DNA of 64,000 nt from Lama glama (lineage: Eukaryota), in contig CM052850.1 of the NCBI GenBank assembly GCA_028534125.1, positions 26,288,001-26,352,000 on the forward strand, given 5' to 3'. The translations under genes were made by a program, and so were the position numbers. Shown here in pieces: positions 13,533 through 27,080 of the stretch. The notes beneath the pieces are model-generated. The model was not told the DNA's origin and did no database searches. It worked only from the letters and a program-made list of their open reading frames with translations. Numbering within the stretch: the first letter of the stretch is position 1; each line of letters opens with the position of its first letter.

Positions 13533-15290
13533 CAGCAGTGGAGAACAGACCCGCTGTGCCAGGGGTCAAGGAGAAGGTGGGAGTGGGAAGGAGGCTACCA
13601 AGGGTGGCATGCAGAGCGCTGGCGAGGGTGGGAGCGTCCTGGGTCCTGCGTGCACTGAAGTCAGCACCCCAGTCGTGTGTTTTGCTCTCATTTTGCAAGC
13701 TGGCACCACACAGAGTCTTTGTGTTACGTCTTACAGCTGCATCTGGATCTACTTATCTCAAAATAAAACCTTTAATTGGAGGGGTGGAATGGCCTTACGG
13801 ACTAGAAAACCTTGAAAATAGACCACGTGTGCTGGTCTGGGGACTCTGCCGTCAGGGCTGTCAGAACACTGGGTACGTGGTCCGTGCAACTTACTTGTCC
13901 ACTTAGCACATGTCAGCGAGCACTGGGCAGGGCGCTGGCTGCAACAACCCCTCTGTGAGCTCACACGCCTCGTCAGTAAGCAGCAGGCCCTCTTGCCGCT
14001 CTTTAGACTTTGCGTGTGGCATTCCACTCTCAGCACTGGAACGCCCCCCTCCTTTGCCTTGCGAGTCCTGGCCTCGCGTCTGTCTTGTCTAACTTCGATT
14101 TTACCCTTTCCGATTTGCTTCCTTTTAGACCCCTTCTTACACGCTGCAGTTAGGTTTGGAAATTTCACCGAATCTGAGAGGCTCTGTCTTAAAGAAGAAA
14201 AAAGCGTCCAGTGTGTTTATAGTTACTAATACCAAACTGGTGGCAAGCGTGTCGTCACCCTGTCCCCTCTCCTCAGGGTAGCTGTTCTCCACTTTTACTG
14301 TGTGTGTGTCTGCATTTTCCAACTATTGGAAGATTGACTGTATTTTGTTTAATTTATTCTCACTGGTTGCTTGGGAGAGATTCTTCCTGTTCTTAATTTT
14401 CTTGTAGTTACTGTATTTAAAAACCGTATTTGAGCTCCTCTGTTTCCGATTGTTGCATCAGTTGTGAACCCTCTCCCCCGATTGGAGGAAATTCGCCTCC
14501 CCCACCCCCACCCCCTGCCGCCACCACCTCAGCTGCTGCCCCCACCCCGACACCACCCTCCCTGGTTTTTATCAGCACCTCAGTCAAAGGAAGCTAGGTT
14601 GGTTGATGCTATTTGTTTTAGCTTATTTGATTTTCTTTTAAAATTGTCTATGGCAGGTATAGCCTGTTTATTAACAGATCATAGTAATCATTTGGGTTCG
14701 CCTCTAAGTGTAGATTTCCTTGCCCTGGATCCTCAGCCCCTCTGCGTCCTCATCCCGGTGGTCCCCTCTCGTCTCTCCTGGGACTGGGGCCCACTGGAGC
14801 GTGATTCCGAGCATTGCACAGTCGGGAGGCGCTCCCAGCGGCCGGCTCACAGGAGAGCACCTTGGTTTTACTGAAAACCTTGGGTCAGAGCCATTTCCTT
14901 CTGGAACTCTGAGTGTACTGCCTTTTCTCAGAACATGTTAGTTTGAGGAAGTGATGAATTTAATGCAGTTTTTTTCTGTCTGGAACTTTTGAGGATTATT
15001 CCTTTAGTCTCTACGTGTGAAGTGTCTTTTTCGTCTGAGGACCGTCTACCATTTGTTCGCTGTCATTAATTTCACCCGAGGAGAGGTGAGGGGATTCACC
15101 TGCAGTCGGGCGGGTCCTCTGCCACGTGACAGGCCTCTGCTCCTGTCCCACCTGCTCTTGCCCCCCCCCTCCCGCCGGGGCCACCCCAGCAGGGCCTGCC
15201 GGCGGCCTGGCCTTCCTCCGTCCCCTCCCTCACAGTCCTGGTGGTGTCCCAGCAGGCCGCCCCACCTCCGCTGTCTGGGCACTGACACCA

Positions 15291-15500
15291 CTTTTTAAAC
15301 AGCTTTATTGAAATGTGACTGACGTAGGATAAACTGCACGTTTAACATGTGTGATTTAAGTTTTGACATTTGGATTCAGCCACAAAACCATCACCACCAC
15401 CAAGACACCAAACACGCCCATCACCCTCCAAGCTTCTAATGCGCCTTTCCGAACCTCCCCTCCCACCCGGGGGCTCAGAGCCAGGCGACCCCATAGTTCA
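15291..15500 (-). mobile_element. L1M 3' end fragment
   Basis: ttttaaacagctttattgaaatg...aaactgcac...accatcaccacc...catcaccc. Confidence 0.65.
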
Positions 15501-18500
15501 GGGTGAGCAGGGGGAGAGGAGGCTGTGGAGGGGAGCCGGGAGGGGTCCTGGGAGTCCAGGGCACAGAGAGCCCCAGAGATGAGCAGGGTGGGGGGTATGG
15601 TGGACTCAACCATGTGGGACGAGAAGGACCAGAGTGCCCCAGGCGTGGTCGCTGGGGCCTCGGTGGCAGGAAGCCCAGGGAAGGCGTGGGCCTGGTAAGA
15701 GCTAGACAGAGGGAGGGGCCGGGAGGGGGCCGGGGACGCGGCCCTGAGAGTCTGTACGGGACGCGCGCTCCAAGGCCCAGAGGGAAGCTGGGAGAGGCTG
15801 GTTTCAGGTGTCCTTATGGGGTCGAGGCCGGGAAGGCGAGGAGGACGTCCTCCCCGCTCTGAGCTTGTCTGGAGCCAGCGTGAGGCCTGGCCGCGGGGTG
15901 GACACAGAGCGTGTTCAGGGGGGAGATGGTTGGTGGCTGGCTCAAAGCTGGTCCCACAGGACTTGAAGGTTCCGAGTCTGTCGTCATCTGTAGCATCATG
16001 GTGTCCCTGGCAGCTCTGCGTCACACCAAGGACAGAGCCAGGACCCCTGGCCATGAAGGGCCTGCTCCCCACACCTGGTGGGTCCCTGGGTGCGTCGGCC
16101 CCCTGGGCTGGGACCACTGGCCCAAGGGCTGGAGATACCGGAGGCTCTCCGGTTACGGAGTGAAGGCACAAAGCAGAGACCAGGAGGTGGAGGGGCGTCT
16201 GGAGGCCCAGCCCCTGCCCCGGCTCCGGGCCTGGCGTCCCTTCCCTCTGAGCGGTGGGTGCACACTTTGTGAGTGCCCCAGGCGCCCCCATCTGAACCCA
16301 GGTCCCTGTGGGGCTGCTCACTGGCCGCGTGGCCGGAGGCCAGCTCTGGGCTTCGCTCTCCCATCCCGCACCAGGAGGAGTACAGGGGTCCCTGCGGGAG
16401 CCCCAGCTCACACCCCTTACTGGTGGGAGGAGACCGCTGGCTCCTGAGCCCTTGGGGCTGGGATGGCCACGGAGAGGGGCCGGAGTGCGGAGAGGCTGGG
16501 AAGAGGGACGCGCAGTGGGCAGGGCGCAGTGCAGGTGTGGGCCAGCCAGGCCAGGCCCGAGGAAAGAGGAAGGGAGATGGCGGGGGAGTTTCCCACCCCA
16601 CAGCCACCCCGGTAGGCAGCTCGGGGGCCGGAAGCATGGGCCGGCCTTCATTCAAGCCAGGCTCATGACCTAGACCACGGGACAGCAGGGCAGCTGGCTG
16701 CAGCTGGGGCCACATGTCACTCAGGGGCACCCCTGCCCTGCCCAGGCCACCCAAGAGCGTTGACCCAGACCCCGGAAGCCATGGCCAGCTCAGCGAGGGG
16801 CTCCCCTGGCGCTCTGGCCACCTTGCCGACCTCAGGTGGCTCCAAGTCTTGCTGCTGTAGAAGCCACGTTTCTGCCTCCACCCAGGCCCAAGTCCCGTAA
16901 GGCCGTCCTCTCTGCTTCCCACGGGGGTGGGGGGCGGGAACAGCCAGCGGCTGGGATCCCAGGTGCTCTGCAGGAAGGCATGGCCCCTCGGCCACCAGGG
17001 AGTCCGGCTGTTCCCACCGGGCCTCTGACTGGACCCTAGGCAGGGTGGGGCTCGGACAGGCAGGTGATGGTTGGAGTCCAAGGCCTGCCGCCCCCTGGCT
17101 GGCTGTATTCCTCTCTGAACCTCAGCCTCTCTGCTGAGTGGGAATGGAGGCCCCTAACACGGCTGGCCTGTCTGAGCTGCCCCCACTCTGGTCCCTGCCC
17201 CTTCCCTGCCCTGCACAGGCTTCGTTTCAGGGGAATGGGAAGCTGTCCCTCCTCTCCCCTAAGAGTGAACTCCCTCTGGGGAGGCCACGTGGTGATTCAA
17301 AGAGAAAATACTTACTGTCTTCTCTGTGCCGTTACGTCCGACCTTCTGAGCTTTACAGTCTTTAAATGTGAGTGCAGTGCGACGTCGTGGGTGTTCTTCT
17401 AGGACACCCTCTCAGACCCCTTTCAGTGGCCCCTCTTTGCCTACAGACCAAACCCAAGACCCCACTGGCTGCTGGGCCAAGAGCTCCGCCCTGCCCCTCA
17501 GCTGGGTGAGGGTCCCAAGGCCTGTGTGAGTTAACCTCTGGGTGGACGCTCAGTTTGGGAGAGTCTGATCCTCTGGGACCATCAAAGGCACGGCCTGGCC
17601 CCAGGGGCCCCATCAGACCCCTGGGGGGTCCAGGACCAAGGCAGCCAGCCTGCAGGGAACCAGGCCACTGCTGCCCTCATGACTATCCTGAGCCGGAAGG
17701 GCCCCAGCCACCCATAGAGAGCGAGTGCTTGTCCTCCGTCCCCCAGCAGATCCGTGGCCACATCTGTCAGGGACCAGGCCTTGTCTCTCACAGAAGGGTG
17801 TCCCTCTGGCCTGTGAGCCCTCCTTCTAGGAGGATCCAGAGGCTGCAGTTTACAGGCGTTACCCAGAAGAGCCCTGAGGCCAGGGCCAGGTCCTGAGAGA
17901 CGGCCCAGCTCAGACCAGAAGTTTCCAGGAAGTTGAGAGTATGTCCAGATGAGCTTTGCTGATCACACACACTCTGCCTGCCCAGTGGCCAAGGAGGGCG
18001 TCCCAGGCCCCGGGCCTGGTTTGGAGCCTTAGCCAGCCCCTCCCCCAGCACGGCACCTCGGCAGCCTGACCTCCCCTGGGGAGTGACCATCTGCGGGGCC
18101 GCAGCCCCGGCCTGTGAGAGAGGAGGGACGCCCAGGCCCCAGTGCTGGCAGCTGGCCCCATCGGGCACGCTGGGCTCCGAGGCCGCCCAGCCCAGCCACA
18201 TCTGAGCGGATGCGGACAATGCGTGGGCGCAGGGATGTTCCGTCCGCCCCCACCCACCCCGACTGGGAAGTGAAATTGCTGGGCGGGCGGGAGGGTCCAG
18301 CAGGCGGGGTTGGCAGGGGCAGGTGGGGGCCGCTTCTGTCCAGGCACCTGGGTGGGCTCGTCAGAGAGAGACTGCTCTGCAGGGACGGGGCGGCGGCAGG
18401 GCCGCGCGCGGTGGCTCGTGCATCCCGGCGACCCGCGTCCTGGCAGCGCCCAGCCCGGGTCACGCGTAACAGCCCCACAGCAGCGGCACTGTCCACCCCA

Positions 18501-21500
18501 CCCCTTCTCCAGATGGGGAAACTGAGGCCTGAGCCAGGACCAGCTATGTCACCTGTGCGGCCCATGGGAAATGAAAATTGGGGCACTTGTTTAAAAAGTA
18601 CAACGCATTCCAAGAGGTTGACAGCTGAGCCCTGAGCACGGGCACCCCTGCGCCTTGCTGAGGGCGCAGGGCTCGGTCCTGCGCAGCCCCCAGCCCCCAG
18701 CGAGACGCCTCCACCGCCGCGCACTCCCAGGCCGAGCTGCGAGGGTCTGACGCCAGCCCAGGCCGGGCATGCGCAGCCTGGGCTCCCTCAGCCCGCAGAG
18801 GCTGCCCCAGGGTGGCCAAGCGAAACCCCCAGCGCCCCTGAGCCGGGCCCCTGGGAAGTCCAGCGTCTAATTTACATGTTCCTGGTCGGTACTGTTTGGA
18901 ATAAGTGAATATTGAGCTTCCGTGTTAAGAAAACTTTTTGGAAGGAAACATGGTTCGAAGAGTTTTATATGTTAAAAACAGAAACCCTGGATTTCACCAA
19001 CCCCGTGTTTCAGTATAAGGGAAACCGGGGGCCGAGAGCAGATGCGGGCTCCTGGGTGCTGCAGAATCCGGCCCCGCCCCGCCGCTCAGCCTCGCTGGGT
19101 GGGCTTGGGGCTGGTCCCCCAGGTCGGGGTTCTGGGGGGACTCCCTCCTGGCCTGACGGTCTTGAGTGATCACCCTCCAGCTCACAACTGTCGCTCCCGA
19201 CACAGCCTGCCCTTTGTGTCACGTGCACACGTGACTGCTGGCTAATGTTCCCTCCTGCAGGACCATGTCGCTGCATCTCGAGGGGCCCGTCACTTTAAGG
19301 GAGCAGGATGGGTGTGTGGAACGCCCGGGTCAGGGGAGGGGCAGGTGACAGGAGGCCGGCCGTCTCTCACACCTGCCGCTGTCCCATACCTCTTGCCAGG
19401 CAAGGACAGAAGCAGTGACAGCGAAGGGGGCATGGCCAGGTGCAGACCAGGAGGTAAGCGGGGGGTGGGGAACGGAGGGTCACACCGTACTGAAGAGATC
19501 GAATTTTAAAATGGTAATCGTGTGCTGGCCAAATAAATAAACCGTCTCACAGCGGGTCGGGCCAGACCTGCAGCTCAGACCTGGCCCCGCACCTTGGAGG
19601 CCCTCCTTCCACGCACAGGGCCGTGGGCACGCCCGCCCGCCTCACCGCTGCTCTCAGCAGATACTTGCTGGCAGCTGGAGGCACCTGCCCACGCACTGGC
19701 ACACCAGGGGCAGAGCGGGCACTGCTGTGGGTCTCTGAGCTCAGACCCTGCTCTGGCGTGGGTTTGCTGGGCGGCCCCGGGCCAGCTGCCGGGTCTCTCT
19801 GAGCCTCAGTGTCCCCACCTGTCAGCTGAGGGCAGCATGTCAGTGAGGGTAAGTGGATCACACGCGTGAGAGACTGGCCCAGGGGGGCCCGTCCAGTGGG
19901 AATTTTGTCTAGGCTTTTGGGAGGAGGTGTCTCCCCATGAGCCTAGTGGCTAAAGCAAAGTTGCAGGGTGGGCAAGGGACAGCCTCTGGGGAGGTCCTGG
20001 GCGCTGACCAGACCACTCCAGCGATGCCCAAGCAGCGCCTGGGCCCCGGAACTGCAGCCACGTGAGTCCCTGTGCTGTGGGCCTGGCGGGGTGCCTTGTG
20101 CCCAGGCGGCAGGCAGATGTGTGGCAGGCAGCCAGGCGCTGAGGACACGCACCCAGCACTGCCCCCCGGCTGTGGCTTTGTTTATGCAGCTGGGCCTCAC
20201 TGGGGCGGCCCTGTCCCCGACCACCCTCCCACAGCTCGAGGCTGTACCCCAGCAGGCAGCTGCGGCCCTCACCTCCCATGCAGGAGTTGCCAGCCACTCA
20301 CACAGCCCAACGTGCCAGCCAGTGAGGGGTGATCTCCAGGTGCCAGGTCCTGTGGGAGACGAGGGAGGGACCCAGGTAGTTCCCATCTCAACTCGGGGCT
20401 CATGCAGGGCTCTCAGCTGCGGCCGGTGCACTCGGGAAGTCCCAAGGCACAGGCCCCGCTGAACCAGCCCCGTCAGAACCCTTGCGGGCCAGCTCCCCAG
20501 GCTTCCCAATGTGCGTCCGAGCTGAGGCCAGCAGCGTGGGTCAGCTCCTGAGAGGACAACAGGGAGAACCCGCTGCCCCGTGTGGGGGCGGAGCAGTCTC
20601 GGGCTGCGGCTCTTAGGCCGGGAGTCGGGCTTTCCGCCCGTTCACCCATCGCCACCCACCTCATCGCTTTCTCGTCCCGAGGACCAGCTGGGGCAGGAGA
20701 GGCTCACCTGTGTCATCGGCTCGGGGAGGCTGGCCACGCCACCTCCTTCCCTGAGCCTCTCCTTTCCAGTGGGCCTCTGCTCGAGAGACAGGAGGAAGGT
20801 CAGAAACGATGGCTGTCGGTCAAACCTGCCTGTTCAGGTGTTCTCATCTCCCCCTCACCCCTGGGGGTCGGTGTCCTCACAGGTGAGACCCAGTGAGGCA
20901 GCGGTGGTGAGCCACGGAGCCGGGACCCCAGCGCCGTCTCTCTCCTCCCGGTTCCCAGGGCTGCTGTCCCATCGCCGGACCTGGGGGCACCTGAGGCCCC
21001 AGCTGCAGCTCCTCCTGTCCAACCAGGGGCCCCCTCTGCCCTCTGCTCTGGGATGCGTCCTCAGGCTCCGCCCATGGGGCCTGTCTATACTTTGATGCAG
21101 TGGCACCAGCACGTTCCCCCACGTCATGCTCACCATGTGCTGGCCGCCACCCCCTGCTCCAGCTCCTCAACTGTAAACACCCACTGTGGGCCTGAGAGGC
21201 CCGCACCAGGCAGCTGTGTGGACTCACTTGGCCTGTGTTAACCTCGAGACCGAGCTCAGCGAGTTGCCCGCAATGTCGCCATCACTTGTCCTGCCTGTCC
21301 CTTCCGAGGGCCCAGTCCACATGCTCGGCGACCCGGCGGTCTACACGCGGCCTTAGGTGCTTCCCGGCTCTGCACCTCCCTGGAGGATGTCCTCCTGGGC
21401 CAGGAATCGGCCTGACCTGCTCTCTCCCGAGTGCCGGCACCCTGGGCAGCAGCTCCTGCCTGAGGGGACGGGACAGGGTCCTGCGCAGGACCGTCTGGCC

Positions 21501-24274
21501 CACCTCCTGCGCTCGGGCGTGGGAGGCAGAGGCACAGAGGGGCCAGTGGGGCGGTGGGAAGGAGTGAGAAGGGCCGTCTCTGCTGCAGACTGGCCGGCAC
21601 CGCCTGCGTGGGAGCGGGCCGGAGCGGGCCGGGGCGAGGGGCCGAGGCCGCTCAGCTGTCGTTTGGATTGAATCCGGACGCCCCTACTACCGGTGCACGT
21701 GTGCCCTGGGAGCATTTAAATGAAAAGCACAAGGATCAGAGAACTGTTCCCGGAAGCCGACTTCACTGGGAGCCGGACCGGGAGGAGCTGGCTGCGGGGA
21801 GCAGTCTCCTGGCGTGGCCCTACACCCTCGCCTCTGCCTGCTGCTCCAGCCTCTAGAGCGGCCCACACCTGCTGGGGGCCGGGGCTGGGAATGGGCCCAG
21901 GGCCTCCTTGCTCCCGAGGCTCTCAGGGTGAAGCCTGGATGGAGCAGGGCCCGCATCTCCCAGGGACTCTGCCCTGGGTCTGGAAATGGGGCGTTGAGCC
22001 CAAAGCGACCTGAGCTCAGATTCATTCTGACAGAGAACAGCGAGGAGACCTGGAGGGGAGGCCGGGGCCAGGCCCCAGCAGGAGGAGCTGAACAGAAGTG
22101 GTCCAGGGACGGAGCACCCTGCCTTCTCAGGGCCTGGGCCTCTGCGGTGGCCGCACTGCCAAAGGTGGGGCAGCGCTGGCCTGCAGGGCGGGGCCTGGAG
22201 CCAAGGCCCTGGGATCCCTTGCCCAGGCCCATCCTGGGCCCTTGAGGTGGACGTGGGCTGGGAAGGGCCCCCTCCACAGCTACCTGCTGGTCCAGATAAT
22301 GGTAGAACTGGGCTCTGGACCGGCCTGGAAGCTCGCCAGGCCTCTGGTTTTCCCAGCGGTAAGCTGCTCTGAGGAGCTGGGGTGAGCTGGAGCCCCACTC
22401 GACCCCCTAGCCACTCAGCTCCACGGCCCTGCCCTGGGCCACCTCATACCTTCCTGGACCTGGGAATGCTGTGGCCTCATGGACAAATCCCTTGGCCGCT
22501 GGCCTTGGGCAGCTCTCTGTCCAAGATTGAGGCCTGTGCGGGGGCCCAGGTGCCTTGTCTGGTCCACCTGCCACCCCATCCTCCATAGACTCCCAGCACT
22601 GCTCACTGTGTTGTCGCCTGCCACCTCTGTCCCTGCCGGGGCCCGGCCTCCACCCCAACCATCCCACGTCGCATCCTGCTAGGGAAAGGGCCAGTCGCTG
22701 TGCACTTAGACAGCTTGCTTGCCCTCTCTGATCTGATCTTGGGGTAATTTTTCCTGCAAAATGAGAAAAATAGAACATCTGCTATTAAGAGACTGGACCT
22801 GAGGATGGTCCACCTGTGGGCCTGGCCCGTGGCCTTGGTACTTTGTCCTCAGGGGCCCGGCAGAGCGGGAGAAGGGACAAGGCAACTGAGGATGGAGCCG
22901 ATTGGCAGGAAACCATGTGGCCTCACCGCTGTGCAGGCTCCTGCACACCCCGCCTCTGCCTCCAGCCAGCTGCGTCCTGCAGCTTCCCCGGCTCCTGGCC
23001 CATGGCTCTGCCATGCTGAGGCCTGCGAGATGTCCGAGTACTCCCAGGTGAGAGAAGGAAGAAGGCAAGGGGACTAGCTGGGCTCTGCACAACCTTTCGT
23101 TCACGCCTGGGCTGGGGGTGGAGACCCGCTGAACTGCCAGACCCAGCCGGTGGGGGTGTACACCCCCACCTTATCCACAGAGGGTTTGAGGCTGCTTCTA
23201 AGGAAATGTGAAATAGTAAAGTAATAATGCAAGGGAAGCCCAGGAACAGAGAAATCACAACATGTCCACGATGTCATTACACAGACCACAAGAACCTGAA
23301 CAGCTGGTAGACTGAGCTTCCTGGCAGCCATGGCAAAAAGAGAAGCACAATCGGTTATACTATTTTTTTCCCAGTAGAAGAAACAAGTCCATGCTCTGGG
23401 GGAGAAGCACGGCTTTCTTGCCTCCTCCCTGTGTGAAAACGGAGGACCTCCTTCTCCATGGACTGAGGTGCAGTGCCTCTCCTAGAAAGTCTCCCTGGGC
23501 CAAGAAGACAAGGCTCTGCGTGGTCTTGCCAAGCACAGGCAGGGTGGGAGGAGAGGGACTGCAGAAGTCTCAGACCTTGCCCTGCCATGGCCCTCAGCAA
23601 ACTGTCAGCCTCCTGGGCCTGCTTCCCCATCATCGTGTGGGCAGGTGCCATCAACAGCGGTCAGCCAGGGACCCAAGGAGAGGCTGTGTGTGCATGTGGC
23701 CTGAGTGCTTGGCTCAGGGAGGGCTAGTGAGGGACCCCTCTGATGGACAGTTGATGAGCATTGATGGCTGCCACTTCAAGAGCCAAGGTGGGAGTCCCAC
23801 CACTGGGCTCTCCCCCTCAGCTTCGTGCCCTGGGCGGCGCAGCCTCACCTGAACAGGGAGGTAGCAGCCTGTGGCACCCAGGCTGTGGGGCGGTCAGAGC
23901 AGGAAGCACAGGTCGGGCACAGGCTGTCGCTCTCCGGGTTACGCTGCCCCTGCCAGCCATCCTTGGCCTGGACCAGGCCCCGCCCCTGGGCCTGACCCTG
24001 TGCCCCCGCAGGGCGTCCTTTCAGACTCGAGGGCCCCACAGCAGGAGCAGGGCGCAGGGCTGCAGCCACCAAAGCTGCATCAGAAACGCAGCGGATGGAA
24101 GGCCGCTGGCCGGACAGCCCGTCCGGGGAGGCTGTCCCCAGCTGTCATGGGAAGTGCCTGGCACAGCTCGTCAGCCACCAGCACAGGGCACAGAAGACCC
24201 TATTCATCTTTAAATAGAACCGTAAGGCCAAGCCTCACTCTGGAGCATTGACAGAGCACAGGGCTCAGCCCTGA

Positions 24275-24465
24275 AGTGTGCGCACAGGGGTGTGGTCCTG
24301 GGTGTGTGTGCAAGTGGGTATGCACATTTCTCTGTGGATGTGAGTGTGAGCAGGCTTCCTCATGTGCATTTGTCCACCTGCGTGTACTTGCGCGTGTGCA
24401 CGTGTGAACTTGTGCTTGTGTGTGTGTGCACGTGTGCACGTGCTTGAGCACAGGTGTGAGCTGTG
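24275..24465. repeat. Degenerate (TG)n-rich tract
   Basis: gtgtgtgtgcacgtgtgcacgtg and related runs. Confidence 0.75.
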
Positions 24466-25835
24466 ATGGGGGCCTGTCTGCACTCCCGCAAAGCAGTGAG
24501 CAGGGGGTGCGCTGGGGAGCCCCTGCCCGGGCTGGGCCTGCAGGGGAGCCCAGCCTCCCAGCACCTGGGCTCCCGCTCCAGAATGGGCGAGAGGGTCTGG
24601 GGCAGGGCTGTGCTCTGCCGGTCTCCCCACTGTGCAGCTGAAGCACTGAGGCCCAGGGACCGGCTGCTCCGCTCACCTCTCAGTCCCGGCAGGGACGTCC
24701 TATGAACACTCTGCGGTCGAGCTCCTTCTGGCCTCACCACCTCTGGCCCAACACCCAGCCCACCCGCAGAGGGGCTACCCCACTTGTCCTCCTGCGTCAG
24801 TCAACTGGGCGAACGCCTCACTCCTCGGACCCTCCATCTGGGCTCCTGAGGCGCTGCCGCTGTGTCCTGGACGGGCCCAAAGCCCTCCCGGTGCCCCTTC
24901 TCCCACCTACTGTGGGGCTGGTGGTGGTTCAGGGCCTGTGGGGAGCTATTCAGGTGCCAGCACCCGGGAAAGAGCCGTTTCCTGGCTGGGGGCCACCTGG
25001 CCCCCGCACCCCCAGCTCCTGCGGGAACTTCCCTCCTGTCAGCGCCGCCGGGTCTGCTGGACCCAGGAGGAGCCTTGTAACTGGGTGAGGCTTCCTTTCT
25101 TGAGAGCTGCTCCTGGATCTTTGGGGGCCCAGCAGCCCCTTCTCTGGAGGGCAGACCCAGGGCTCAGGGCCCGGGCACTGGGCGGCAGACAGGGCCTCAG
25201 CCGGGGCCCTTGCAGAAGCCTCTGCCCTGTCTAGCCCGGCAGGTGCAGCTGCTGCCCAGTGGTGGGAGGCCCGCGGGTGCAGCGAGCATGGCGGAGCTGG
25301 GGGCTGCTGGCGATGGCAGAGGCACAGGGGCCCGAGGAGGAGGAGCACGGGGGAGGGAGGAGGGCTTGTGTCCAGCTACCAGGAAATATCCCAGGTCATC
25401 GCGGGAGTAGTAGCCACATCCTAGCGCGCGCGACCGGGGGGCCCAGCCGCCCTCGCAACTGCTCCGTGGAGCTGGCAGCCGTGCTGCCACACGTGGCGGG
25501 GAGCCCACAGGAAACCCGCGTTTTGGTGCTTGGGTGGTGTCGTTCCTCCCAGCTCTGGGGCGGAGGCGTCCTGGACAGGGGCCGGGCCTTCCCAGTCAGC
25601 CCCACCCACAGTGCCGCCACGGCGGTCAGTTTTGTTGCTCACACCTTGGAGAGGGAGGTCAGCCCGGCTCCGGTAATGGCACAGACACCGGCCCAGCTCC
25701 AGCCAGTGAGCTGAGCCCGGAGAGCAAGGGAACGTCCCCCGTCCAGGTGGCCACATGCTCCTTCTTCTCAGGCCACGGCCCCGTCTCCTTGACGTGGCCT
25801 CGGATAGAGAGGAACAAAGAGGCTCACAGATGTCC

Positions 25836-26050
25836 TGGCTAAGAGCACAGAAGTGGCACGGGTGTGTGCGCACATGTGTATGTGTGCCTGTGGGGGGCAC
25901 GGGGAGGGCAGGGCTGGGGCTGGGCTGGGGGTGCTTTGGGGGACATGGCTAAGAGCACAGAAGCGGCACAGGTGTGTGCCTGCACGTGTGTGTGTGTGTG
26001 GGGAACACAAGGAGGGCAGGGCTGGGGCTGGGGGTGGTTTGGGGGACATG
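25836..26050. repeat. ~110-bp tandem duplication
   Basis: tggctaagagcacagaag...ggagggcagggctggggctggg...tttgggggaca at 25836 and 25946. Confidence 0.9.
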
Positions 26051-26849
26051 ATGGAACTGGAGATCATTTCTCATGTTCACCTGGGATTTCCTGTTATTTC
26101 GCCCCAAACGAGGAGGCCTGTTTGCGTCAGGAGCCTGTGTCATCTTGGCCTCATGAGGGCAAGGAGCCATGAGGGGAGAGAGCCTGTCTGGGCGCTGATG
26201 GGTGGCCAGCGGTTTCCTGATCTATGGGGGTGTGGGGTGCTCTGTGGTCAGTGAGGGCACGTGGGCCAGTATGGGGAGTGGGCAGTGAGTTTGGGCCTCG
26301 AAGCTGAGCTCCAGGAGGCTGATGGACCTCAGCTGGATCCCTGAAAACGGGCCGGGCCACGTGGCCGTGAGTGGAGGGGGCCTGGAACCGCCCTGCCGGC
26401 CACCCACCCCAGGCAGCCCCCTCCCTCGCTCCTCCTTGCCGTCACTGTGCCAGTGAGGGGTCCCTTCCTCTCCAGGGCATCTGGATATAAGACCCAAGAA
26501 CCCCAAGGAGAGCCTGCCCTCCTGTCTGACCCCTGGACAGGTCCTCTCAGATTTAACCAAGGGACCCACAGCCCAGGCATGACACTTGCTGGGACCCGGG
26601 TGCAGAGGGCAGTTCTGGGGTCGGTGTTCCATAGCCCTTTTCCACCTTGGGGTCTGTCTTCAGACCCAGGCGCAACTGGGGGCTATGACCCTGCTGGGGT
26701 GGGGCCGGGTCACCCCGAATCCAGGCAGCTCCTCCGCTGTTTCCCTGACAGCCCTGCTTCGGGGCTTCTCCTCTTGACCCCCTGCCGCCCATCACCCAGA
26801 GGCTCTCCCTTCTCCACTGGCTCCCGGGGGCCCAGCGGCTGTCTGGAGG

Positions 26850-27080
26850 GGTCTCGGCTCTTTGACAGCCTTAAAACTACCAGGGACCCCAGTAAGCATC
26901 TGTTTATGAGTAATAGCTCTCAAACCTTACCGTGTTAGAAATTAAAATGAGTGAGGAAAACTCAAACATTTTCTTATCAACTTATTCAAAACAACTGTAA
27001 GAAAGAAATTATACGTTTACATAAATTACATTTTCATGAAAATCACTATACTTTGAACAACTTTTAAATGCCACATTTGT
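26850..27080. mobile_element. hAT (Arthur1-like) DNA transposon relic
   Basis: AT-rich island gggtctcgg...ttaaaa...ggacccca...tgtttatg...ttaccgtgttagaaattaaaa resembles the recalled consensus. Confidence 0.5.

Larger units (their letters stand above)
10146..13778 (+). mobile_element. 5'-truncated L1 (L1MC-like), degenerate ORF2 plus 3' UTR, interrupted by two insertions
   Basis: KVDKTLAGL at 10149; RT-entry region (LTPVLLRLFQKVEEG...ITWLPKP) near 10500-10590; 3' end ...cttatctcaaaataaaacctttaatt. Many stops and frameshifts. Confidence 0.85.

Noticed and set aside
9090-13778. Single L1 inverted by twin priming
   Set aside because: The sense and antisense parts both cover the same ORF2 segment (ITLIPKP region) and appear to differ in decay, so they are two insertions.
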